The position numbers and the translations under genes are program-made. Positions 46,330 to 56,250 of a DNA stretch of 64,000 nt are shown here, one piece after another. How positions within the stretch are numbered: position 1 is the stretch's first letter; each line of letters begins with the position of its first letter. The notes beneath the pieces are model-generated. The model had not been told where the DNA came from. It saw only the letters and a program-made list of their open reading frames with translations, and did not search any database. The DNA is from Bacteroidales bacterium (GTDB taxonomy: Bacteria > Bacteroidota > Bacteroidia > Bacteroidales > GWA2-32-17), in contig JAOADU010000056.1 in assembly GCA_026417155.1 (NCBI GenBank), forward strand, positions 28,229 through 92,228, written 5' to 3'.

Positions 46330-48606
46330 ATGAAATTAATTTCAAGCCTTTTGCCTATAATTGCGAGGAAAAAATTTAATATTCGTCAATATTTTTTTAT
46401 ATCTGTTATTATTTATATTCTTGGCATAACTACATATTTAGTTATATCTTACTTTTTAATAAATGAGGAGATAAATGAAAAAATAAACCAGCAACTTATT
46501 AAAGCTGCCCGCAGCGTTGATTATTTATTACCATTGAACTATCACGATCGAGCAACTAGCAGAAAATCAATAAGTGAGATAGAGTTTAATGAAATAATGC
46601 AAATTTTGAGTCAGCAAGCCAATAATCTTGAAGTAAAATATATTTATTCGATGATCGAAAATAATGGACGATTATTCTTTACTTCATCATCGGCTACAAG
46701 TTACGAAATACGAACGGGTCAGAACTTAACATATTATTGGCAAGAGTATGTCGAAGCCGATCCGAGATTTTATGAAGCTTTAAAAAGCATGAAAATTACT
46801 TTTTTGGATTATACCGATCGATGGGGTACTTTTCGGAGTGTGTTAATACCTAAAATATCTCCAGCGGGTAATAAATATTTGCTTGGAGCAGATGTTGAAA
46901 TAAGTTACATAGACAAAACAATATGGAGAGGATTATTATTCATATTATTAAAAGCATTATTTTTTACTTTAATTATTTTGCCTTTCTTTTATGTATATCA
47001 TAAATATTATAAAATTACAAAAGATCATTACACTAAAACTCTTTCGCAAAAAGAACTTAAAGCCGTACACGAGCAAGATTTAAGAAAGCAATCATTTCTT
47101 AAATATCAGCAAATCGATGAAAAATATGAAGCTCTATTAAATCATATTAATATACCTACCATTGTACTAGATGTCAAAGGAAAAGTTATTGAGGTTAATC
47201 ATGCATTTCTAGAATATATCGGTAAAACACAATACGATATTAAAGATAACATAATATTTACTATACCTTTTTTTCAAAGTGTCAACGAATTCGAAGAGTT
47301 AATTAATTTGACACAGAAAAATCATATATTAAAGAACTATCCATTAACACTTTATTCCAAAAAAGGTGAATCTTCATGTAAAGTAACATGCATTTTATTG
47401 AATAAGCAGGAAAAACAACAATTTTTAATATTGATAAACGACATTACACAAGAGAATAAATATTTACAAGAGATTGCAAAAGCAAAGCTATTAATGGAAG
47501 AAATGTTGCAACGAAAATCACTCTTTATTGCCACAATGAGTCATGAAATGCGAACACCCCTTAATGTTATTATAGGCTTTCTTGAAATATTAAGAGACGA
47601 AAATGTTGCAGAAGATTTGAAAAACGAATACTTACAAGTAATACAATCCAATGCCGAACATTTACTTGCGTTAATTAACGATATTATTGATTTTTCGAAA
47701 ATTGAGGCCGGTCAATTTACCGTAAAAGAAGGTCCATTTTATTTGAATTATAACTTAAATCAATATAAGCTGTGGTTAATTGAAGAAATAAAAAGAAAGA
47801 ATTTAAACATTGATGTTGTACTTACTATTCCTTTAGATGACCAAGAATCTATCATTTATACCGACGAATTACGTGTTAAGCAAGTAATAACCAACTTATT
47901 AACTAATGCGTTGAAGTTTACCGAATCAGGAACTATTGAATTTGGTTATAAAGTTGTAGGTTCATATATTGAAATTTACGTAAGCGACACAGGTCCCGGA
48001 ATGAACGAAGAAGAAATTAATAATTTGTTTAACTTCTATATTCAAGGCGTTGAAGGGAAGAAAAGCAAATACAAAGGTTTTGGTTTAGGATTGGCTATAA
48101 GTAAAAAGATAATAGAAATATTAGGTGGTAGCATTCGTGTTCAAAGTAAGCCAGATAATGGTACTACGTTTATTGTTTCATTACCATACAAAAAGCTAAA
48201 TGCAAACATTGACCAAATAAATTCAAAAATTGAAGATAAAGAATGGAAAGATGTTGAAATAATTATTGCCGATAACGATAATAACATGAAAGAGTTATTA
48301 AATCGTATAATTCTTAAGCATAAAGCTATACCCATAATTGCCAATAATTACAACGAATTGATAGAGAAGATAGAAACTAGCAATAATGCAAAATTTGTTC
48401 TTTTCGATTTTGATTTTTCAATACCCAACATTTCTCAGTTTGTTTCTTATGTCAAACGAAAAGAAAAAATGAAAATTATTGGAATGAGTTCAAATATTTA
48501 TTTGATAAACATTAACCGTTCGAACAATATAGGATTCGATTACATTTTAGCAAAACCTTTTTCAAGAAGAGAGTTTGAAGAAGTCATTGAAAGCTATTTG
48601 CAATAA
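46330..48606 (+). CDS. Hybrid sensor histidine kinase (TM/periplasmic sensor, PAS, HisKA, HATPase_c, receiver)
   Basis: H-box SHEMRTPLN, G-boxes DTGPGM and GFGLGLAISK. The C-terminal receiver-like domain has IIIADND, FVLFDFDF and LAKPF. The start is moved from the TTG at 46318 to the ATG at 46330. Confidence 0.85.
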   Translation: MKLISSLLPIIARKKFNIRQYFFISVIIYILGITTYLVISYFLINEEINEKINQQLIKAARSVDYLLPLNYHDRATSRKSISEIEFNEIMQILSQQANNLEVKYIYSMIENNGRLFFTSSSATSYEIRTGQNLTYYWQEYVEADPRFYEALKSMKITFLDYTDRWGTFRSVLIPKISPAGNKYLLGADVEISYIDKTIWRGLLFILLKALFFTLIILPFFYVYHKYYKITKDHYTKTLSQKELKAVHEQDLRKQSFLKYQQIDEKYEALLNHINIPTIVLDVKGKVIEVNHAFLEYIGKTQYDIKDNIIFTIPFFQSVNEFEELINLTQKNHILKNYPLTLYSKKGESSCKVTCILLNKQEKQQFLILINDITQENKYLQEIAKAKLLMEEMLQRKSLFIATMSHEMRTPLNVIIGFLEILRDENVAEDLKNEYLQVIQSNAEHLLALINDIIDFSKIEAGQFTVKEGPFYLNYNLNQYKLWLIEEIKRKNLNIDVVLTIPLDDQESIIYTDELRVKQVITNLLTNALKFTESGTIEFGYKVVGSYIEIYVSDTGPGMNEEEINNLFNFYIQGVEGKKSKYKGFGLGLAISKKIIEILGGSIRVQSKPDNGTTFIVSLPYKKLNANIDQINSKIEDKEWKDVEIIIADNDNNMKELLNRIILKHKAIPIIANNYNELIEKIETSNNAKFVLFDFDFSIPNISQFVSYVKRKEKMKIIGMSSNIYLININRSNNIGFDYILAKPFSRREFEEVIESYLQ

Positions 48607-49112
48607 TTTGCCGACATAATAATTGAGCGTAATAATTTTGGCGAAACTCGACTTGGATTGATAGTTATATGTGCCTGAGAATAATAATATTCTCTATCGT
48701 TTAAAGTTGTATTTATCCAACCAACAAGTTCATCAGGGTTTATATTTTTTAACAGCGGTCGTTGTAAGGTTGTGTGTTTAATTCGTTCGCAAATTACGTT
48801 TGATGATAATTGCAAATATACAGTGATCCCGTTATTTATCATTGTTTTCATGTTATCATTAAAACAGGGTGTGCCTCCACCAGTTGCTACAACCAAATTG
48901 TCAAAATTTTCTACAATATAATGAAGATAGTGAGTTTCATAATGACGAAATTGTTGTTCACTTTCTTGTTCAAATATTTCACTGATTGATTTTTTTGTTT
49001 TTTCTTCAATCATTGTATCTAAATCGAAGAAAGTAAATTGAAGTAAATTAGCTAATTCTTTGCCATAAGTAGATTTACCACTTCCCATAAAACCGATCAG
49101 GAATATTTTCAT
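48594..49112 (-). CDS. aroK: Shikimate kinase
   Basis: Walker A GFMGSGKST and a GGG motif (ATGGGTP). Length 172 aa. ATGA overlap with parC. Confidence 0.85.
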   Translation of the reverse strand: MKIFLIGFMGSGKSTYGKELANLLQFTFFDLDTMIEEKTKKSISEIFEQESEQQFRHYETHYLHYIVENFDNLVVATGGGTPCFNDNMKTMINNGITVYLQLSSNVICERIKHTTLQRPLLKNINPDELVGWINTTLNDREYYYSQAHITINPSRVSPKLLRSIIMSANYCK

Positions 49113-51751
49113 ATATCCAATTTCATTTGTTCTATTTGATCGGGATCTATGTTATTATCGAGATCAGAAAATGTGGTATGACTATATGTGTCGATAATAT
49201 TAATTTCTTCAATTGTTGGTGTAGGCAAAGCTTCTTCTTCTTTTTTGATTGGTTCTAACCAATTTACTTTTGAAATTTGATAGGGGCTTAACCTTTTACC
49301 TATGGCTTTATCGTTTTTAATAGAAATAAAAGTATCTACATCAATGATTTCTTCGGGGCGTTGCTTATGTTTTCCGCCAAAAATAATTTGCAAACGTGGG
49401 TATGTTTCTATTGAAAAATCAATCAATTTTGTTTTCGGATGATCGTTTATGAATTTTATCAGTTTATCGCTAATATCGGGCTTAAAACGTTTAATGTAAT
49501 AATAATCGCTTTCACCATCGTAGTATATCGCTGTAACTATTTTACCCGGTATGTATTTTTCTATGAAGATCAAATCTTCTTCAAAATGCAAATCAATGTC
49601 GGGTGGATATGTTTTATATTGACCCGATTGGGTGATAATGAGTATTTTATCACTGGGTAAAAAGGAGCCTAAAAATTTACCATTTGCTTGTGTTGTCAAT
49701 CGACGCACTTGCTCATCGAAGTACAACGAGATACCTTGTTGCTGAGAAACGAATTGTTCTTTTAATTGTACTTTGTGAATTTCGTGACGGGTAATTATAT
49801 TTCCTTGAGCCGATCGACCTTTGATAGCATAATCAGCAACATTAATTTCAAATACTAGTTTTTTTAATTTGGGTTTGGGTTTTAATATGATTTTCAAAAT
49901 TTCTGCTTCACCATTTTTATTGGCCGAAAACCAAAGTATTGAACTACCTTCTTTGCCTTGTGTGGCTTGATAAAATTTATCGCGAGTAACACCCGTGATC
50001 TGAAAACGTTTTAAATAAACAGGTCCGTATTTTCCATCACGATATAAAATATGATAAACAGTGCGATGATCATTTTTCTTAAATACAGCAACATGAATGA
50101 TGTCTTTACCTATAAAAGCCTTTTCGCTAACTTTTGTTACAACATAACTTCCATCTTTTAAAAATACAATAATATCGTCAATGTCGGAGCAATCGCATAC
50201 ATATTCATCTTTCTTAAGCCCTGTCCCAACAAAACCTTCGCTGCGATTTACATATAACCGAGCATTAGCTATGACAACACGGGTGGCTTCAATGTTTTCA
50301 AAACTACGTAATTCGGTTTTGCGGGTTTTATCTTTGCCAAATTGTTTTTTTATTTGTTTAAAATAATTTATCGTGTATTCAACAATATTTGCCAAGTGAT
50401 TTTTAACTTCGTCAATGTTTGTTTCAATGTTTTTAATGTGTTTGTCGGCTTCGATAGAGTTGAATTTAGATATTCGTTTAATGTGTAGTTCAAGCAGTTT
50501 TATAATGTCGTCAGTGGTGATAGGTTTTTTAAGATTTTTTTCAAATGGTTTTAAGGAAGTATATACAATATCGGTTACTGCTTCCCATGTTTCGCAATCT
50601 TCTATTTTACGATAAATTTTCTTTTCTATAAAAATTTTTTCGAGCGAGGCAAAATGCCATTCATCTTCGAGTTCTTGAAGCTGTATTTCTAATTCGCGTT
50701 TTAATAATAGCAATGTTCGGTCTGTGTTAGCTTTTAAAATGTCAGTTACCCCTATAAATAAAGGTTTGTTATTGCTAATAACGCACGCATTGGTGCTAAG
50801 GGTTATTTCACAATCGGTAAAAGCATATAAGGCATCAATAGTTTTATCGGGTGAAACTCCTGGTGCAAGTTGAATAAGTATTTCTACATGTTCAGATGTG
50901 TTGTCGTCTATTTTTTTTATTTTAATTTTTCCTTTTTCATTTGCTTTTATAATCGAATCTATAAGTTTATCGGTAGTTATACCATAGGGCAAGTCGGTTA
51001 TAACTAAGTTTTTATTATCGATTTTTTTGATTTTTGCTCTGACTTTTATACTTCCACCACGTAGTCCATTGTTGTATTTCGAAACATCAGCCATTCCGCC
51101 AGTTGGGAAGTCAGGGTAAAGTTCAAACTCTTGTCCTTTCAGATATGCAATAGATGCGTCAATTAGTTCATTAAAATTATGAGGATATATTTTCGAAGCA
51201 AGTCCAACTGCAATTCCATCAACGCCTTGAGCTAGCAGTAATGGAAATTTTACAGGAAGGGTTACTGGTTCCTGATTACGCCCATCGTACGAAAGCTTCC
51301 ATTGAGTAAGTTTAGGGTTGAATAATACGGTATTTGCAAATTTTGAAAGTCGAGCTTCAATGTAACGGGGTGCTGCAGCAGGATCACCGGTAAATATATT
51401 GCCCCAATTGCCTTGTGTGTCGATAAGTAAATCTTTTTGCCCAAGTTGTACTAGTGCTTCTCCAATGCTCGCATCGCCGTGTGGATGGTATTGCATGGTG
51501 TAGCCAATGATGTTGGCAACTTTATTGTAGCGTCCATCATCCATTTTTTTCATTGCATACAGAATGCGACGCTGAACAGGTTTTAATCCATCATCTAAAT
51601 GAGGTACGGCTCTTTCTAAAATAACATACGAAGCATAATTAACCCACCAGTTTTTGTATAAATTTGAAAGCTTTGTTTCGGCAATGTTTATAGAATCGTC
51701 CGAAGAATTTGAATCTATATTTTCTTCTTGACGGATAATATCGTCGTTCAT
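49109..51751 (-). CDS. parC: DNA topoisomerase IV subunit A
   Basis: DGLKPVQRRILYAM, the catalytic Tyr context AAAPRYIEARL, and QGNWGN. It is paired with a short B subunit, while a separate full-length gyrB is present in the window. Confidence 0.8.
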   Translation of the reverse strand: MNDDIIRQEENIDSNSSDDSINIAETKLSNLYKNWWVNYASYVILERAVPHLDDGLKPVQRRILYAMKKMDDGRYNKVANIIGYTMQYHPHGDASIGEALVQLGQKDLLIDTQGNWGNIFTGDPAAAPRYIEARLSKFANTVLFNPKLTQWKLSYDGRNQEPVTLPVKFPLLLAQGVDGIAVGLASKIYPHNFNELIDASIAYLKGQEFELYPDFPTGGMADVSKYNNGLRGGSIKVRAKIKKIDNKNLVITDLPYGITTDKLIDSIIKANEKGKIKIKKIDDNTSEHVEILIQLAPGVSPDKTIDALYAFTDCEITLSTNACVISNNKPLFIGVTDILKANTDRTLLLLKRELEIQLQELEDEWHFASLEKIFIEKKIYRKIEDCETWEAVTDIVYTSLKPFEKNLKKPITTDDIIKLLELHIKRISKFNSIEADKHIKNIETNIDEVKNHLANIVEYTINYFKQIKKQFGKDKTRKTELRSFENIEATRVVIANARLYVNRSEGFVGTGLKKDEYVCDCSDIDDIIVFLKDGSYVVTKVSEKAFIGKDIIHVAVFKKNDHRTVYHILYRDGKYGPVYLKRFQITGVTRDKFYQATQGKEGSSILWFSANKNGEAEILKIILKPKPKLKKLVFEINVADYAIKGRSAQGNIITRHEIHKVQLKEQFVSQQQGISLYFDEQVRRLTTQANGKFLGSFLPSDKILIITQSGQYKTYPPDIDLHFEEDLIFIEKYIPGKIVTAIYYDGESDYYYIKRFKPDISDKLIKFINDHPKTKLIDFSIETYPRLQIIFGGKHKQRPEEIIDVDTFISIKNDKAIGKRLSPYQISKVNWLEPIKKEEEALPTPTIEEINIIDTYSHTTFSDLDNNIDPDQIEQMKLDI

Positions 51752-51754
51752 ATT

Positions 51755-53578
51755 CTAATCCTCAACCAGCACTAAATTGTTAATGATAAATTCCTGACGT
51801 TTGGGAGTGTTATTCCCCATGTAAAACGACAAAAGCTGATGAATAGTATCGAGTTTACTGAGAATTACAGGTTCTAGGCGCATTTCTTTTCCAATAAATT
51901 TTTTGAACTCGTCGGGCGAAATTTCGCCTAATCCTTTAAACCGTGTAATTTCAGCATTTTTTCCTAACTCTGCCACAGCTTTTTCTTTTTCGTTTTCATT
52001 GTAGCAATATATGGTTTTTTGTTTATTGCGTACTCTAAACAATGGTGTTTGAAGAATGTATAAATGTCCGTTCCTGATTAAATCGGGGTAGTATTGTAAA
52101 AAGAATGTGATAAGCAGTAAACGTATATGCATTCCGTCGGCATCGGCGTCGGATGCTATGATTACATTATTATAGCGTAAGTTATCGATACCTTCTTCAA
52201 TATTGAGTGCAGCAATTAATAAATTAAGTTCTTCGTTTTCGTATATGATGCGTTTAGGTTTTCCAAAAATATTTTCAGGTTTTCCGCGTAAGCTAAAAAC
52301 TGCCTGTGTATTGGCGTCTCTTACTTTAGTTATTGAACCGCTGGCAGAATCGCCTTCGGTTATAAACAGAGTAGATTCGAGTTTGCGTTCATGATTAGTA
52401 TTGAAGTGTATTCGGCAATCGCGTAATTTTTTATTGTGCAAACTGACTCTTTTGGCTGTTTCGCGAGCTTTTTTCTGAACAACTGCAATGGCTTTACGTT
52501 CTTTTTCCGATTCGAGAATTTTATTAAGTAATATTTCAGCTGTTTGAGGGTTTTTATGTAAATAATTATCGAGGTGCTGTTTTATGAAATCACCAATAAA
52601 ATTGCGAATACTAGGTCCATTCGGTCCTACATCTTTCGAACCAAGTTTTGTTTTGGTTTGCGATTCAAAAACAGGTTCTTCGATACGTATGCTTAATGCA
52701 GCAATCAATGACATTTTGATGTCGGCGGTATCGAAATCTTTTTTGTAAAATTTGCGAATGGTTTCTGTAAAAGCTTCTTTAAAAGCAACTAAATGTGTTC
52801 CGCCTTGAGTAGTATGTTGACCATTGACAAATGTAAAATATTCGTCTATATAACTATCACCATGAGTAAAAGCAATTTCTATATCTTCGCCAATTAAATG
52901 AACAATAGGATACAGAGCTTCGGTATTTAAGTTTTCGGCAAGTAAATCGGCTAAACCATTCTTTGAAAAGTAGGGTTGTCCGTTTAATTTTAGCGTAAGT
53001 CCTCTATTCAGAAAAGCATAATTTTTTATCATGCTCTCGATATATTCTATGCGAAAGTGAAACGATTCGAATAGTTCGCTATCGGGAATGAAAATAACTT
53101 CTGTTCCTGTGGCTTCAAACGATGGGATTTGTTTTTCGTTGACTAATATACCTTTTGAAAATACAAGTTCTTTGCATTGTTTATCGCGGAACGAACGAAT
53201 AATAAAATTTTGTGATAAAGCATTAACTGCTTTAATACCAACACCATTAAGTCCTACAGATTTCTTAAATACTTTGGAATCGTATTTTGCACCGGTGTTC
53301 ATTTTTGAAGTAACATCAACCAGCTTTCCTAACGGTATTCCTCTGCCATAATCTCTAATCCTTACTTGTTGCTCGTTGATGTCAATATCAATTACCTTAC
53401 CAAAGCCCATAATAAATTCATCAACAGCATTGTCGATAATTTCTTTAATAAGTACATAAATGCCATCATCGCGTAGGCTGCCATCGCCAAGCTTACCGAT
53501 GTACATACCGGGCCGCTTTCTTATATGCTCTTGCCAGTCGAGGGTTCTAATGCTGTCTTCGGTATAATTGTCGTGCAT
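51755..53578 (-). CDS. parE: DNA topoisomerase IV subunit B
   Basis: Motifs [28 protein letters not shown] and DADADGMHI. At 607 aa it is shorter than the gyrB in this window. Confidence 0.85.
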   Translation of the reverse strand: MHDNYTEDSIRTLDWQEHIRKRPGMYIGKLGDGSLRDDGIYVLIKEIIDNAVDEFIMGFGKVIDIDINEQQVRIRDYGRGIPLGKLVDVTSKMNTGAKYDSKVFKKSVGLNGVGIKAVNALSQNFIIRSFRDKQCKELVFSKGILVNEKQIPSFEATGTEVIFIPDSELFESFHFRIEYIESMIKNYAFLNRGLTLKLNGQPYFSKNGLADLLAENLNTEALYPIVHLIGEDIEIAFTHGDSYIDEYFTFVNGQHTTQGGTHLVAFKEAFTETIRKFYKKDFDTADIKMSLIAALSIRIEEPVFESQTKTKLGSKDVGPNGPSIRNFIGDFIKQHLDNYLHKNPQTAEILLNKILESEKERKAIAVVQKKARETAKRVSLHNKKLRDCRIHFNTNHERKLESTLFITEGDSASGSITKVRDANTQAVFSLRGKPENIFGKPKRIIYENEELNLLIAALNIEEGIDNLRYNNVIIASDADADGMHIRLLLITFFLQYYPDLIRNGHLYILQTPLFRVRNKQKTIYCYNENEKEKAVAELGKNAEITRFKGLGEISPDEFKKFIGKEMRLEPVILSKLDTIHQLLSFYMGNNTPKRQEFIINNLVLVED

Positions 53579-53591
53579 AGCAAAAATTTTA

Positions 53592-53599
53592 CAAAAATA
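53592..53599 (-). promoter_or_regulatory. -7 promoter box TATTTTTG for parE-parC-aroK
   Basis: The plus strand reads CAAAAATA, 13 nt upstream of the parE ATG at 53578. Confidence 0.45.
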
Positions 53600-53741
53600 A
53601 ACAAAAAAATGTGCTAAAAATTAAGCTGTCCTTTTGTTTTTTCCACTATTTTATTCACATTACGGAGATAAATAAAGAAATAGTTTTTTTTGCATGGTTA
53701 ATGTTTTATCGTTACCTTTAAGGTTCGAAAATAAAGTAATT

Positions 53742-54194
53742 ATGTTAACAGTAGGAGACAAAGCACCTTATTTTGAAGGTTACGATCAAAACAATAAAAG
53801 AATTTGCTTACATGACTTTAAAGGTAAAAAGTTAGTTCTTTATTTTTATCCTAAAGATAATACACCGGGTTGCACTGCCGAAGCTTGTAGCATTAGAGAC
53901 AATATTCAAGATTTTTTGAAGAATAATTATATCGTAGTAGGAGTTAGTTCCGATAGCATTGAATCTCACAAAAAATTTGCTGAAAAATATCAACTACCAT
54001 TTTCTTTAATTGCCGATGCCGACAAAACAATTCAGCAAAGTTATGAGGCATATGGCGAAAAGAAAATGTATGGTAAAGTTGTAAAAGGGACTATTCGTAA
54101 GACTTTTATTATAGACGAAAACGGAATTATAGAGAGAATCATTGAAAAAGTTGACACCAAAAATCATGCGATTCAAATATTAAAAAACATATAA
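53742..54194 (+). CDS. bcp: Peroxiredoxin, Bcp type
   Basis: Peroxidatic Cys context [14 protein letters not shown]. The start is moved from 53694 to the ATG at 53742 ([11 protein letters not shown]). A near-consensus -7 box TACCTTTA lies at 53713-53720. Confidence 0.9.
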   Translation: MLTVGDKAPYFEGYDQNNKRICLHDFKGKKLVLYFYPKDNTPGCTAEACSIRDNIQDFLKNNYIVVGVSSDSIESHKKFAEKYQLPFSLIADADKTIQQSYEAYGEKKMYGKVVKGTIRKTFIIDENGIIERIIEKVDTKNHAIQILKNI

Positions 54195-54198
54195 AGCT

Positions 54199-55209
54199 AT
54201 GGAAAACAAAAAAGAAAAAAACGATGTTTTAAAAGACAAGCTAAAAGCCTTGCAAGCTACTATCGATAAAATAGAAAAAGACTACGGTAAAGGGTCTATC
54301 ATGAAATTGGGAGACGAGTCATTTGCTAACATTGAAGTCATACCATCGGGTAGCATTGGACTAGATGTTGCATTAGGGATAGGAGGGTATCCACGTGGTA
54401 GAGTTGTTGAAATATTTGGACCTGAATCGTCGGGAAAAACTACTTTAGCTATTCATGCCATAGCCGAAGCTCAAAAATTAGGAGGTATTGCTGCTTATAT
54501 TGATGCCGAACATGCTTTCGATAGAACTTATGCCGAAAAATTGGGAGTTGATTTGGACAATCTTTTTATATCACAACCCGATCATGGCGAACAAGCATTA
54601 GAAATTGCCGATCATTTGATACGAAGTGGTGCAATTGATATTATCGTTATTGACTCTGTAGCTGCCCTTACTCCAAAAGCGGAAATTGAAGGCGAAATGG
54701 GCGACTCTAAAATGGGATTGCAAGCTAGGCTTATGTCGCAAGCATTACGAAAACTAACTGCCAATATTAGTAAAACTAATACATGCTGTATTTTTATTAA
54801 CCAATTACGCGATAAAATTGGTGTTATGTTTGGAAACCCCGAAACAACTACTGGTGGGAATGCACTGAAGTTTTACGCTTCCGTTAGGTTAGACATTCGA
54901 AAAATCAGCCAACTTAAAGAAGGCGAAGATGCTACAGGCAATCGAGTAAAAGTCAAAGTTGTAAAAAATAAAATGGCTCCTCCGTTCAAGAAAGCCGAAT
55001 TCGATATAGTCTTTGGTGAAGGAATTTCTCGAATAGGTGAAATTATTGATTTAGGAGTTGAGTTTAATATTATTAAGAAAAGTGGCTCATGGTTTTCATA
55101 CAATGATATTAAATTAGGGCAAGGTAGGGATGCAGTGAAGCAATTACTTACCGATAATGCCGAATTGATGAACGAGATTGCTCAAAAGATAAAAGAAATA
55201 TTAAAATAA
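54199..55209 (+). CDS. recA: Recombinase RecA
   Basis: Walker [21 protein letters not shown], and L1/L2 loop regions. It starts 4 nt after the bcp stop. Confidence 0.97.
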   Translation: MENKKEKNDVLKDKLKALQATIDKIEKDYGKGSIMKLGDESFANIEVIPSGSIGLDVALGIGGYPRGRVVEIFGPESSGKTTLAIHAIAEAQKLGGIAAYIDAEHAFDRTYAEKLGVDLDNLFISQPDHGEQALEIADHLIRSGAIDIIVIDSVAALTPKAEIEGEMGDSKMGLQARLMSQALRKLTANISKTNTCCIFINQLRDKIGVMFGNPETTTGGNALKFYASVRLDIRKISQLKEGEDATGNRVKVKVVKNKMAPPFKKAEFDIVFGEGISRIGEIIDLGVEFNIIKKSGSWFSYNDIKLGQGRDAVKQLLTDNAELMNEIAQKIKEILK

Positions 55210-55229
55210 ATTGCTGATTTTGAAGGGAT

Positions 55230-56243
55230 ATGTATAGATTGATGCAGGTTTGTTTTTCGAGTATTTTATTTTTGTTTATTTTTTCTTGCAATCAGCAGCA
55301 AAGTGTAAATATAACTCATAAAGACACCACAGGTATCTTTGAGATAAGCGAAAAAATACGCGAAAATCCGTTCAATGCTTCCTTATTTGCACAACGAGCA
55401 GCATTATTTTGGCAATACAATAAACCCGATAGTGCAATTAATGACTTAGTTATTGCCATAAAACTTGATTCGCTCAACGAAAAGTATCACATTCAGCTAT
55501 CGGATTATTATATAAAAATTTCTAAATCCGATCAGGCAATAAAGGTATTAGAAAACTATTTGCTTCGTCGCCCACAATCTCCTACAGTATTAACTAAAAT
55601 AGCCAAATATTATTCATACTTAAAAGATTACAAAAAAGCAAAGGAATATCTCGATAAAGCGTTTCTTTTAGACCCGCAATATGCTGAAGCTCACTTTGTT
55701 AAAGGAATGATACTTTATGAAACCAAGCAACTTAAACAAGCGAGAGATGCGTTTTTATCGGTTATTCAATACAATCCCGACGAATCGGAAGCATATATGA
55801 TGTTAGGACTCATTCATTTAGAATGGAAAGATTCTTTAGCTATTCAATATTTTCAGACTGCTGCACGATTAAAAGAGAAAGATCCTTGGCCATATTACAA
55901 TATGGGATATTTTTATCAAGAAACAGGACAATATGCAAAAGCATTTGATGTGTATAATTATATTCTTCGAAAAATTGATCGTAGATATGCCGATGCTTAT
56001 TTTAATCAAGGTTACATAAACATGGTGTATTTAAAAAATTACGAACGAGCCATGACGTATTACGATTCGGTTTTGATGTTACAACCTGAGCGGGTTGAAG
56101 CAATTTGTAATAAAGCATACTGCTACGAAATGTTGAACGATTTAATATCTGCCCGAAGCTTGTATATTAAAGCAAAAGCTATTGTACCAAATTATGAAAT
56201 TGCCATTGAAGGATTAAATAGAATAGATAAAAAATTAAAATAA
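55230..56243 (+). CDS. TPR-repeat lipoprotein
   Basis: Lipobox (LFIFSC) and multiple TPR units (AEAHFVKGMILYE, SEAYMMLGLIHLE, WPYYNMGYFYQE). Confidence 0.7.
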   Translation: MYRLMQVCFSSILFLFIFSCNQQQSVNITHKDTTGIFEISEKIRENPFNASLFAQRAALFWQYNKPDSAINDLVIAIKLDSLNEKYHIQLSDYYIKISKSDQAIKVLENYLLRRPQSPTVLTKIAKYYSYLKDYKKAKEYLDKAFLLDPQYAEAHFVKGMILYETKQLKQARDAFLSVIQYNPDESEAYMMLGLIHLEWKDSLAIQYFQTAARLKEKDPWPYYNMGYFYQETGQYAKAFDVYNYILRKIDRRYADAYFNQGYINMVYLKNYERAMTYYDSVLMLQPERVEAICNKAYCYEMLNDLISARSLYIKAKAIVPNYEIAIEGLNRIDKKLK

Positions 56244-56250
56244 GTGTTTT

